Of a stretch of 64,000 nt of DNA, positions 11,970 through 23,611 are shown piece after piece. This DNA comes from Lepidodermella squamata (taxonomy: Eukaryota; Animalia; Gastrotricha), in assembly GCA_047495785.1 (NCBI GenBank), contig JBLDXI010000040.1, positions 62,001 through 126,000 of the forward strand, read 5' to 3'. Within the stretch, counting starts at the first letter, position 1. Each line of letters starts with the position of its first letter. A program made the translations under genes and the position numbers. The notes beneath the pieces are model-generated. The model did no database searches and was not told the DNA's origin. It was given only the letters and a program-made list of their open reading frames with translations.

Positions 11970-13695
11970 ATGATGATTTTATGTCTTGTCGCGATATTGC
12001 TATCTCTGCCGATTCTCGTTTTCTCGAAACACGAATTGGCCATGTTTTTCCGAGCTACAATTGCGAAAATCGACGATGAATGTACGGCGAATTTGAAGAC
12101 GATGCACATTTTTGCGAGCACGAACGCTGCTAGCCGGCAATATTTCGATGGAAAGCGCGAAAAATCGGCGGTTGTTTTGCCAATTTTCCCACGATATTTG
12201 GCGGAAATTGATGAAAATGGCAACGAATTTATCGAATTTTTCCCGCGATTCAATTTGACCTGTTTTCTTGGCTCGTGCCCAAATAATCTCACTTTTTCAT
12301 CGAATTCGAGCCAGTTTCGTAAATTGCCGGGTAGATTTCCGCGGAAAATGATGAAGCTTTATTACGTTGATCAAACTGGAGATCGGCCTTTTTTCGATTT
12401 CTACCTGCTGGATAATAACGAAAATTTGGGCGATTTATTTCCGAAAATCGGAGATGAACTTTTCGAGTGTTTTGGCGAGGTGATTTACGAAGCTTCATTG
12501 GGTCGAGTGAAGCGATCTCAGGTTCGGCGATTGTCGAGAGGCAGGGCCCATTCGAATCCGATCAATAATCAGCGAATAATAGCCCCATCTTCGAGCAATT
12601 CGAATAGCACGTCAGAAGGCTTGGATAAATCCGGTATTTTTAAGTATTTTAATTCAATGGTTTAGATTTTCCTCGAAGACCCCGATAAAAGAGCGAATTT
12701 CGATTTCGGATTGCAATTTATATAAATTCGATGTAAAAATATTTGGCATATAGCTTAGGCCGGCGCAGTCATGGCCTTTGATTTCATGGCCCAGCACTTC
12801 TATGACTAAATTTAGGGCTGCAAACTTTAATCCTAAATTTAAGCTATAAATTCCATCTTGATAATATTCGATTTCGATAATAATTTACGGGTCCCCTACA
12901 AAGTAGGGAAAATTTAGTAACAGGCTTCAAAGCAAAAGCTTCAAAGCACCATGACCTCAAAGCAAAATTAAAAAATGGCTTCAAAGTAAAATAATAGTAT
13001 TAATTCCAATACATGGTGATCATTGCTTAATACTTTATTTTACTTTTTTTATGGGAGTGCTTTGAAGCCATTTGGTCTGAAGTTTGCACCATTTGTTGCT
13101 CTCTGCTTTATTTGAAGCCTGCTACTCTGTGGGGGACCCTAATTTACCCAATAGCCCTGATAATTTTCGTGTTTTAATTTCCATGCGGTATCCTTGGGCT
13201 GGTTTTAGCAAATTATCTGAATTTGGTATTCGAAATTTTGGTATCGGAAAAATGTCCCATAAATTCAGATATTTTTTAGGAAATTAAACTGAGTTTTGAA
13301 ATTATGCGCAATTCCATCTTTTTTCTTTATCCAAAAAAATAAAAACATTACCTGAGAAATAAACCCCGATGGTAATTTTTGGTACTATTTTACCTGGCAG
13401 GAACAAATTTTTTCGGATTTCTTTAATCCCATTAACAAGTTGATTATACTTGATGGCATTTTTTTAGATTTTTCTAGCCATGCGACTTCCCTTTCATTTT
13501 TGAGTTTCTGATCCCTTTTTCCTTTGTTTGTGTTACTGTGTCAAAGGTGAAATTAATTGCATTTTTTGTGTTTCAGTGGTCAATTTTTACTTGTGGGTCG
13601 CCTTGGCTGCCGGCATTGGTCTCGTTATATGCGGAGCTCCTTTTATGTGGTGTAGCTGCCTTTGCTGCCCCGAATTAACTCTGAGATCCCACTGA
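11970..13695 (+). CDS. Orphan type-I membrane protein B1 (260 aa) with furin-like RVKR site
   Basis: Exons 11970-12633 and 13577-13695 (phase-1 intron). Signal peptide MMILCLVAILLSLPILVFS, RVKR at 12504-12515, Ser-rich stalk, TM plus Cys cluster FYLWVALAAGIGLVICGAPFMWCSCLCCP. AATAAA at 13791. Confidence 0.82.
12889..13139. mobile_element. MITE with GGG...CCC termini and 8-bp TSD (Merlin/MULE-like)
   Basis: TIR GGGTCCCCYACARAGTAG. TSD TAATTTAC at 12881-12888 and 13140-13147. A single TAATTTAC marks the empty site in the B2 intron (18965-18972). Confidence 0.9.
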
Positions 13696-15594
13696 AACGA
13701 ACATGATGCTCACCTCGACAAATAACTGCGAACTTGTTAGCTGTTTAAAATTGATCTATCTTATAGTCTATGAAATTCGATTTGAACAAAAATAAAGTTG
13801 AAATTCGGATTATCTGGCTTTGCATGTAAAGCTTGAAACAAGGTTAACGGTTGGTGAAAGTTTTTTGGTGTTATCAATAATGAAGCAATCCAGCGAGCCT
13901 CTGTTTGACAATCGAGAGTGTGAATTTATAAAAAAAGCACCGGATAGCAAGAAGTCTGACTTCGCCATTTTTCACTATTGCTTTCAACTACTGCTTGATG
14001 GGTAACATTTCGGGATGAAGTTGAACCGATGAGTTAACAATTAGAATAGCGATAATGGCGAAAAATTGCATGCGTTCCACTAAATTCATTTATTAGTTCG
14101 AAATTGCAAAATAAATCGAATTTTATTCAATTTTTCAAACAAAAATTGGTCATGGTTCTAATTATTACTGAGTTCGAGGTTGCAGGAATCGATTTGTCGA
14201 CGCAGGAAAAATTGAAATTTCAGGCATCAGTAGTCGAATTTTCAGATATTATGAAAACAATTGACAATTTCAAACTTGGAAATGAGTTGAATATTTTCTC
14301 ACCGTTGATCGAAATTTCAGCCCCGCGTAAATTTTGCTAGATAGATTTATTAGCCGAAATCGGCGCCTCAAATTTTGCATATTATCTGAAAATTTTAAAT
14401 TAACAATAATTATTTTTTTATTTTTTGAAAATTCGAAATTTGGCAAATAATCTGAAAATAATGTGTATGTTTCGTATCCAGTGCCAGTTATAATTTCACG
14501 CTAAATTAACAGAAATTTCGAATAAAACAATCTCAAGCAGGGATCGAAAGGTTTGCTAATTACCGAATGTCGAAAATCGTACAGGATCGTATAGGAATTT
14601 TCGAGGTTTCGTCGCGATTAAATTTCCACCGGCTTTAATCGCCTAGCTAATCGACGTCCGATGGAGAACGTGATGGCTGCTTCCGTTGGGGATCAGTCAG
14701 CCTTGCGGGTAACTAACAATTTAGAGAGGTAGCAATTAATTAAGGTGGATTAAGACCTCATTATTAAATACAAGCAAAAAGTAGGACATGACCTGGAACT
14801 GCCTTGAGGAATTCGAAGTTGAGTGATTTCAGAAATTATTTCTGGCTGACGTGTATTTATTAAATAATAATCTATTAGTAAGAGCTATAGAACTAGAAAT
14901 TAATCAATAAATAAAAATTAAATACAGACTTAAATGCCTTTAACCCTAATAATAGATGAAGTTTCAAGTCAGTACCTTCCCGACCGAAATTTCACGAAAT
15001 AAAAGCTACGAGAAACGGTTTCAGTATTGAAGATTTCGAATTTAAAAGCCCTGTTCGTCGAAATAATCAAATCATAGACAACGCTGTAACAGATAGGACA
15101 CGAACGATCTTTCCATAGTGAATTTATTCGAGCTGTTATTGCAAAAAGGGCGGCACGCGACCACTTTTTATGCCACCTAACGCCCTATCCGCCCATTATA
15201 ATTTTAATTAATTTGAACAATTGAAAAAGCCGCAGGTACCTCTTTCGAAAATTTTGATTTTCTGCTCATAAATACTAGAAGCGGCCCTCTATCTAATGAT
15301 ACCAGGCACACCTAGTGTTCCCCTATGGATAATTTTCTAAAATTCGCCAAAAAGCTATATTTGTTGTTTTTGGGCAAAATTGCCATTCTTCTGCCACGGT
15401 TGGCTCTTTCGGAAAAATTTTGAAAATTTTGAAAAAATGAGTGTATCCATATTGAGAATTTTCTCTATCCGACGATATAAAATTTGTAGGGTAAATAATA
15501 TATTTTGATTGTTTGATTATTTTCGGTCTTGCTACATGGACTTTGACTTCTCTTAAAGCGTTGCTTGATTTAGAGAAATTCTTGAAAACAATAA

Positions 15595-16056
15595 CGAAGT
15601 GCACTTTCATACATATTTATGTATGACAAAATTAACTTTCATACATATTTTTTTTCATAAAATCATGTTTTCCAGCCAAACTGTGACTAGGAATTGGTAC
15701 TAGGGGTTAGGGTTAGGTGCCAGGGTTCGGGTTAGGGTTAGGGTTAGGTTTAGGGTTCGGTTAGGGTTCAGGATTAAGGTTAGGGTTAGGAAATTTCGAG
15801 TTTCGGGTTTCTTCGAAGCTCGATTTTTGGGCCCTTGCGCTTCCCCAATAACCATTTCCATGCGGAAAAAATTGACTACGCTTTCGGAACCCCGTTTTTC
15901 TTTGTCATAAACCGAAAACTAGTCATCTGGCATTTCCCTAATGATTTCAGCTTGAATTTAATGAAAAAAAATATGTATGAAAGTTAATTTTGTCATACAT
16001 AAATATGTATGAAAGTTGAAAATTTCATACATATTTATGTATGAAAGTTGGCACCC
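15595..16056. mobile_element. MITE carrying an interstitial (TTAGGG)n-like tract
   Basis: Inverted arms ctttcatacatatttatgtatgacaaaattaactttcatacata at ~15605-15660 and ~15960-16015. 9-bp direct repeat AAACAATAA at 15586-15594 and 16057-16065. Degenerate TTAGGG array at ~15700-15790. Confidence 0.8.
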
Positions 16057-16079
16057 AAACAATAATTTGTGTGGCCCAA

Positions 16080-16180
16080 AAAAATCGAAAAATCAAAATC
16101 AAAATCAAAAATCAAAAATCATAAAATCAAAATCAAAATCGAATCTCAACGATGATGGTAGATCTTTATTCGCACATGCC
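16080..16180 (-). repeat. (TCAAAA)n microsatellite, possibly the 3' tail of a non-LTR retroelement
   Basis: About 9 imperfect TCAAAA(A) units. On the minus strand an AATAAA precedes the (TTTTGA)n tail. Confidence 0.5.
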
Positions 16181-16797
16181 GATATTTCTCGGTCTACTTA
16201 TTTACGACCGGGTAGCCATAACCCAGATAATTTCAGCCTCTAGTTGAATCCTATTTTCCTATTCTTCCTATTTTTCGGTAACAAAAAGATGAAATAATCT
16301 GGGTTCAGGTTCGTCACGAGAAAATATTGAGCAACGTAAACGAATAATTTTCAAATTTGAAAACCACGAATTACGAAGAAACTGCCGTGGTTATTTTTCC
16401 AACCCGCACTTTATATCTCATCTCATAGAATTCGTCAAGCTACGAAAAATTCTCCCGCGATTGAAAGCATGCAAATCTCTTGATCGCCCAATCGCTGATT
16501 TATGGCGAGTTATCTGAATTTTCAAAATTCATGGCTTAATGAAATTACCGAGCTCGAATATGTAGCAAGAGCGTCGTCTGCGATTCTTTCATTGTTTATT
16601 GCCACGCTCATTCACGAAATAATCACACACACACACAATGGGGCACGCGACGCGAGAAGCAAAAGCAGACGATGACCTCGTTCGCACTCAGAAAAGAAAA
16701 GCGGCGCAATCATTATTTTTAAGGTGGCATTTTTATTACTTTCTCGTTTTATTATTATAGATTTTTGCATCAAAGCTGTAATTGCTGTTGTAATAAA

Positions 16798-17872
16798 ATG
16801 AAGTATCAATTGAACCTGATTTCTGCCGTGGCTCTGCTGATGATCGGAATTGGGTCAAATGCTGCTAAAACTGAACCCCAGCTCTACTACTTTGATTTGT
16901 CAATCCCAGCAATCGACGATGACCACTGCGCTGGCGATATCTCAAACCTGGTTATTCACGCTTCGAAGGAATCGAATCTTTTCCCTGAAATTGCCAGCAA
17001 ATTTTCAACGAATATTTCGATTTGTAAGGCAAATCTCGTGAGTGATGATGATGACTTTTCTGGCTGGAATATCCCGCAGCTGATGAATATGACGTGTTAT
17101 TCACTCGAGCCGTCTTGCCCCGATTTTCCGAGGTTCGAACCGTCAAATTTATCGCTGAATTCGACGTGTCAATATGGCCGGAATTCGACGATGGATCTTT
17201 GCAGCGATAAGGAGGCGACCCCAGCTCGATTCAAGCTGTCTCTCGTCGATGGGGATGAGCAGCAGCCCGGCTTGAATCACGGCCAATCGATTGTGAAATG
17301 CCGAGGCAGCGTGGCTGTGCAGAAGGGTGGCATCGACAAAGCTCAGCCTCAGCGATGGGATTCGCTGGGATGGGATTACAAACAACAAAAAGCTCAAGAT
17401 GAATTAACATATTATTTACAAGAACAAGATCGAAAGCGGAAGGAACACGAAAAACAGTTAAAAGATGCCGAACAGCGATTTCAGGCTGAACGCGCGCGAA
17501 TCCTGGAATCGAGAAAGCCATTGTGGGGTGAGTAATTTTTAACGTTCACGGCTATCTTTGAAACGCGAGCAATCGATTCTAATTCTTGATAAATTTCGAA
17601 ATCCCGAACCTCAATACAATTGGAAAATCGACAGGATTTATTACTTTTTTACGCACACATGAACGATAACCGAAAAATTATGGATTTTTTTTTAATTTTG
17701 GGCGAAATTCCAATCTGAATAATCTGAAATCATTGCTTAATTTTCTTTTTTTTCAGCCATGCTCATCATTTTGGGTTCAACCATTATTGGCTATTCAATC
17801 TATTATTGCTGCAAAAAATGTCACGAATCGGAAAGAGAGCAACGCCAAAATGCTGCTAACAGCGCGGCCTGA
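16798..17872 (+). CDS. Orphan type-I membrane protein A2 (281 aa)
   Basis: Exons 16798-17527 and 17757-17872 (G|gtgagt...tttcag). N-domain is near-identical to A1, followed by a longer charged helical stalk and TM LWAMLIILGSTIIGYSIYYCC. Confidence 0.85.
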
Positions 17873-18088
17873 AGAAGATTCGTTCGAAATCTACTAACAA
17901 AAAGTCTAATTCTAGAATTTCCTCGGTTTTCCCCAAGTTTTAAGGGGGATTTATTGCAGATGATGAGCTGAAAGCTGAAATAATGATTGTATTTAATTAT
18001 TTTTGAAGTCAGGTTGATGATGAGAAATATTATTTTTCTGCTTTTACCAAGATTATTCCAATTTTTTAGACATTTTATTTGTTTAAAA

Positions 18089-19226
18089 ATGATGATTTTA
18101 TGTCTTGTCGCGATTTTGCTATCTCTGCCGATTCTCGTTTTCTCGAAACACGAATTGGCCATGTTTTTCCGAGCTACAATCGCGAAAATCGACGATGAAT
18201 GTACAGCGAATTTGAAGTCGATGCAAATTTTTGCGAGCACGAACGCCGCTAGCCGGCAATATTTCGATAAAAAGCGCGAAAAATCGGCGGTGGTTCTGAC
18301 GATTTTCCCACGATATTTGGCGGAAATTGATGAAAATGGCAACGAATTTATCGAATTTTTCCCGCGATTCAATTTAACCTGTATTCTTGGCTCGTGCCCA
18401 AATAATCTCACCTATTCAATTAATTCGAGCCAGTTTCTTGAATTCCCTGGTAGATTTCCGCGGACAATGATGAAGCTTTATTACGTTGATCAAACTGGAG
18501 ATCGGCCTTTTTTCGATTTCTACCTGTTGGAGAATAACGAAAATTTGGGCGATTATTTTTCGAAATTCGGCGATGAATCTTTCGAGTGTTTTGGCGAGGT
18601 GATTTACGAGGCTTCATTGGGTCGAGTGAAGCGATCTCAGGTTCGGCGATTGTCGAGGGGTAGGGCCCATTCGAATCCGATCAATAATCAGCGAATAATA
18701 ACCCCATCTTCGAGCAATTCGAACAGCACGTCTTCGATTGACGGCTCTGATAAATCAGGTATTTAAGTTGTTTAATTCGAAATTGTTTAGATTTCTAGTC
18801 GAAGAAATCAACATCTGAGCGAATTTCGATTTTAGATTGAAATTTATATAATTTAACGATAAAACTTTAACCGCGCATCCTTGCCATATGAAAAGGCTGT
18901 AGTTCGCAAACCTAAATTCTGAATTTTAACTCAATTTCCTTTCGATATTGTTCGATTTTGATAATAATTTACCCAATAGCCCTGACAATTTTAATTTTTT
19001 AAATTTTGCGTGAATTCATTTGGTTTTTTTTAAAAAAAATATATCCTGATTTTATCTTCAAAATTGTGATAACGGAAAAATCAGTAATTTGTAAAATCGA
19101 TACCTGAAATCGATTATCTCAATTAGATTATCCTTGGCTGCCTGCATTGGTCTCGTTATATGCGGAGTTCCTGTAATGTATTGTAGCTGCCTTTGCTGCC
19201 CCGAGTCAATCCTGCCAGTCCACTGA
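18089..19226 (+). CDS. Orphan protein B2; exon 1 intact, TM exon lacks an in-frame acceptor
   Basis: Exon 1 at 18089-18758. B1-homologous TM codons remain at 19131-19226, but the nearby AGs (19084, 19126) give a stop or a shifted frame. The unspliced frame stops at 18766. Confidence 0.65.
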
Positions 19227-19700
19227 AACGAACATGATGAATCCCCTTGAATGCAGGCCACCTCGAGAAATGACTGAGAACTTGTTAGCTGTTTAAAATT
19301 GATCTATCCTATAGCCTATGAAATTCGATTTGAATAAAAGTAAGGGTGAAATATTGTTTATTATTTGGCTTTGCAGATAAAGCTTAACGCAAGGGCGGTT
19401 AAGGTGTTATCAATACTTCGGAGATCTAACGAGCCGCTGTTTAAATTGCTGCTCTTATCTTTCTCAGCTATAGTATTAACGATGAGGTAAGAAGTTCATT
19501 CATGAACCGCTATGAAGGTATTTTGAATTTCAACAAAATTCACAAACCGAAAAAGCTGAAATCACAGATGAGAGCAGCTATTGCAGAAATAAGAAGATAT
19601 TATAATTAATTCAATCTACGCGAGATAAGAAATTTTTCTAGGCTTAGCATGCAGTTGAGCTCGAAAGCTTTCGTATTCATTGCCTGAACCAAGTTTACAA

Positions 19701-22700
19701 TCAGGCCAGCGTGTGCAACACAATCAACGAAGCTCCGCTGTAGTTGCTCGCCGTTGAAAAGCCATTTATCCCATAGGAATCACTGATAAAACAGTAAAAG
19801 GTCAAGATACAATTTTAAGATTCTAGCTAAAAAAGCTCACGGTGTCATGCAAGTGAAACACGCCAAGCCAGTGAGCGTGTTGTTTGTCATCCAGGAACCT
19901 CCGCCGAACGTCGCCGAGTTGGCCGGCCGGTCCTGGGCTAAGAAAGGCAGTTCGAGAGCCAAGGCCCCACTTGTCATTCCACTTGGCGCGTAAGTTGACT
20001 GCGACTGAAAAAGCAATGATAGGTTTTTATGTTTCCTTTCTTTTAAAACTGAGAGCTAACATTCGATGTAGATGCACAAGCAATTCTATAGCTATTGATT
20101 TCGTTGTCGATATAGCAATCCTTGAAAACCAAGCCACCCATTCTACCGGCTGATGTTTCCATTTGCATGATAATGGTCCAAGTTGCTGTCATATGAAAAG
20201 CTGAATTTGCATCAAGATGAAACTCAGGTCCACTTACACGGGATTTTAACCAAAGCTAGACCGTCGTCGTAAGTTTTAGCCGGAGTAGCAGAAACAGGCG
20301 TTCTGATTTGCCCATTGCCGGACCATCTGCGAGTTCCGTCAGACCAAGGTGGGTCATATCGTTCAATGACACGGCTGATGTACTCGTCGAAGTAGAATTT
20401 TCTAGACAAGTAGTAGTTGCAGCCACACGTGACCACGTAATCAGTCATCGCATCGTGACACAAGCATACGGATCGATTTTTTATGAATAGCTTGCGAAAA
20501 AATGTAGGTTTACCTATTGGTAAAGTTCGGCAATATATAATAAATTCTCACCTTGCCTTGTCTAGAAACAAAGCGAGAACACGCTGTATTGGTGGTTGGG
20601 TTCGAGACGACAAGGAATGACGTAGTGCTGTTGAGAGGTTCCACTTTCAAACAGTTTGTCTTGTCCGCTGAAGTTGCAATCAAATAGTTTGACATCAAGC
20701 GGTTGGCCCACTCCAAGCCGAGCCATTGCGTTGAGTTGGTTTTCGACCCGAATCCTGGAGCAAGATTGCGGCAATTCTATAGCCATTTTAGGATCAAATT
20801 GATCTTACCCCATTTATAGTCTTGGTACATCATTTTCCAGTAATTCCAGTCGACTAACGCTATTTTAAATGACTTTCATGTTATTTCGACTTATTCTCAA
20901 ACTACTCAAGACTTACCGGTTCGGCGATGAAATACCATTACCACTGATCAAAATTCGTTATAAATTATAATGAATCATCAACAGGAAAAATTACTTTCCG
21001 TAGGCTTAAGTGGACCACCAATGCAAGTCGCGTTGCAAACGCTGTTAGGCAGATAGATACAATCAGCTTCGAACGATTTATCGCCAATGTCAGCTTGAAA
21101 TCGATATCTGCCGGGGCCCAAGCCGAGCCGTGTCACCAGCGTGCAATCTATTGAAGAAATTGACTTGTTGACAGTCGTCTACAACCTAACAGATTTTACC
21201 AGTGTAAGTGTTGGCCCTGCAAATCGGAGTCTCATCTGCCTCCTGCGAGTGAAATATCGAAGTAAGACTATGCAACGCCATCGCATGAAAGACCTTACCA
21301 AGTGGTAGTAAAACCAGCCTAGAGCAGCCTCGAGACCCTCCCACAGCTCGTTCGTGTGCCCGGTGTTCAGCCAGCACGTTGCATTCGACGGATTATATGA
21401 GGCGGAGCGGCATCGATAACCGCCACTTCTGTAGCACGTATCCAAGCATGTCCTCAAGTCAATGCCGATGATTTCTTGATAAGTGTCTGCTTTGATCAAC
21501 CGAAAGCCCTTCCCGCAATTCCCAGGTAAATAAAACTGAGGGCGAGCTATGATGAAAGAAATTTGCGTGTTGAAAAGACATTTTCGTAGGCAAAATACTC
21601 TTCTCGCTGCAGTCATCTCCAGTTAGTCCTTTGGGACACTTGCAAATGCCAGGCCCTATGCTTGTCCCTCCATTTTTGCATGGGAAAATTTCTAAAAACT
21701 CGAAAAGTCGAGGATCCAAAAATACTTAGTTACCACTCACTTTTAGAACAATCAACGCCCATCCAGCCTTGTTTGCAGTAGCACTGATTGGGCCCACCAT
21801 TCTGTCCGGGAGCACAGTGGCCGCGGATGCAAGTAACAGGACATATCATGAGCGAATAAACTCGCAGGTCTATGACATCGACGTGGTTGCCACAAGCATA
21901 CACGCCGACGTAGGCAGACTCCCCAGAAATCGGGAAGGTGTTACCCGGAATAGCTGAGTGTGTCGAAACACAACTAGTCGTCGTGCATTGGTCGACCTGA
22001 AACAAAATATAAGGTTGTATGGGCGAGGGGATCCTGCTATCACCAACCCAGAATTGGCCGTTGCGCACGACCATGCCGACGTGGTAACGTGTGTTGACTC
22101 TCGTAACTGTCGTGTAGTAATTCGTTTTCTTCATTGTAAATGCGGATATTAGCCCAGTAGTGCCATCGAACCCAAATTCGGTTATAACACCCCGTAACTT
22201 GCTGGGGTCGACGTTGTTGCCTGAGCACAACAAATGGCTGTAAACTGTATGAAGCTATTATGCTTGTTCAACACACCCCCTCCAGATGGACTTGGAATCA
22301 GTGCATTTTCGTTGGCAACATATACACCCGTGAAGGAATAGTTGGCGCCTTCGTGTGAATAAATCGTTGCGTTGATGCTGAAGTCTGTCAGCGTGAATGG
22401 TACCTTCCCGAGCATGTAGCCATTATTGTGAGGGCCTTGGCCGAAAGTCAACCTCACAGCTTTGTTAGGCTGTAAAACAGGCCCGGGTGCTGTCGCAGAA
22501 TAACGGTACTTCCAGAGGCTGTAGTTTGCATTGTTCGGATAGGACCATTGCTCAATGTAGTTGTCAGGATCCGTTAGAGGTGTGCTGATATCTGAACGTT
22601 ATAACGATTACCCACTATACTATATGTTTTAGCTTTTTCTGAGAACTTCGCAGAAATTATTCTCAGATTCGGAAAGCATACAAAATTTCCACAAGACTTG

Positions 22701-23327
22701 AGATAATGGGGGGTTACCTGTATTTCAAGCAGGATGGGAGCCTCCTTAAAGATATAAAATTTGGAGATTCTAAATCCTGAATAGAAACTTAATATCCACA
22801 ATTTGGAATCCTTCTTCAAGTCAACACACTCTTTGCTGGAAAATACAGAAATTTGCCAAACCAGGTTTTCTTGGTCGGATCTGTGGAGCTGGGGGTACGG
22901 TACCCCTTGTTCCCCCTGTACTTCGCATACTGGATTTTTTAAATTTACATTGTGAGCATCGAGGGCCAGTGAATCTTGCCAAACACGTGCAGACATTGGG
23001 TGCAGTGCAGCCGGAAGTCGGCGGGTTGCATGTGTCAGCGCAAACCGCTACGAGAGATGTTAAGTAATTCCAGTGGGAAAACATCACTGTGGTAAAAAGT
23101 AAAACTTACGAGTTTCGCAAATTTTTTCCGAGTAACTCGGCTGACATATGCAACTATTTGTCGCGATGCACGTGCCTCCGTTCATGCAAGCAGGGGAGCA
23201 TGCTATAGGTTAATGATGAAGCCAACATTTATCGAGACCTACGAATGATCAACCGCTTACATTGCGTTAGGATTAGCGGGATAACATATGATGAAGCGAC
23301 AAATAGAAAAGCTAAGGCGATTGCCAT
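19701..23327 (-). CDS. Secreted multidomain protein, ~850 aa: EGF-EGF-(ConA/L-lectin-like?)-EGF-EGF-PAN-fibrinogen C; one frame break
   Basis: Exons 23327-23261, 23202-23110, 23047-22949, 22591-21741, 21691-21599, 21546-21299, 21178-20995, 20943-20917, 20859-20809, 20754-20552, 20490-20238, 20200-20061, 20004-19841, 19782-19701. EGF CSPACMNGGTC..CIC; PAN CLDTC..YRCRSASY..CWL; FReD motifs VFHRRT, YKWGFG, WLGLE, IDNEINSYRI, DR..GGGSW. Exon 4 is 851 nt and changes frame near 22240. Confidence 0.8.
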
Positions 23328-23611
23328 CTGAAATTATAACTCAAGCTGAAAGAATTGTTGTTATCGATTCAGAGGCTTGCGATATGATCAGTAAATTTTA
23401 TATTCAAAGCAACTACGTGACGTCAGGAAATTTCGTAACATTTTTTCTCCGGCTGGCTTATTTCTTCGTTTCATCAGCATGTCACCTCAACTGTCCATCA
23501 AATATCTTGCATACAGTAGTTTTGGCATCGATTGAAAATGTTTGCAGGAAAAGAAAGGACAAAAGTTTCGGTAAATTAGGCCGGATATCAATATCTACTC
23601 GATAGCTAATA

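Noticed and set aside
11774-12292. 172-aa and 196-aa minus-strand ORFs opposite B1 and B2
   Set aside because: They are antisense to genes that have signal peptides and splice structure; their conservation follows from the recent duplication.
15700-15790. True telomere or chromosome-fusion site
   Set aside because: Short, degenerate, in one orientation, and enclosed by MITE arms and a TSD.
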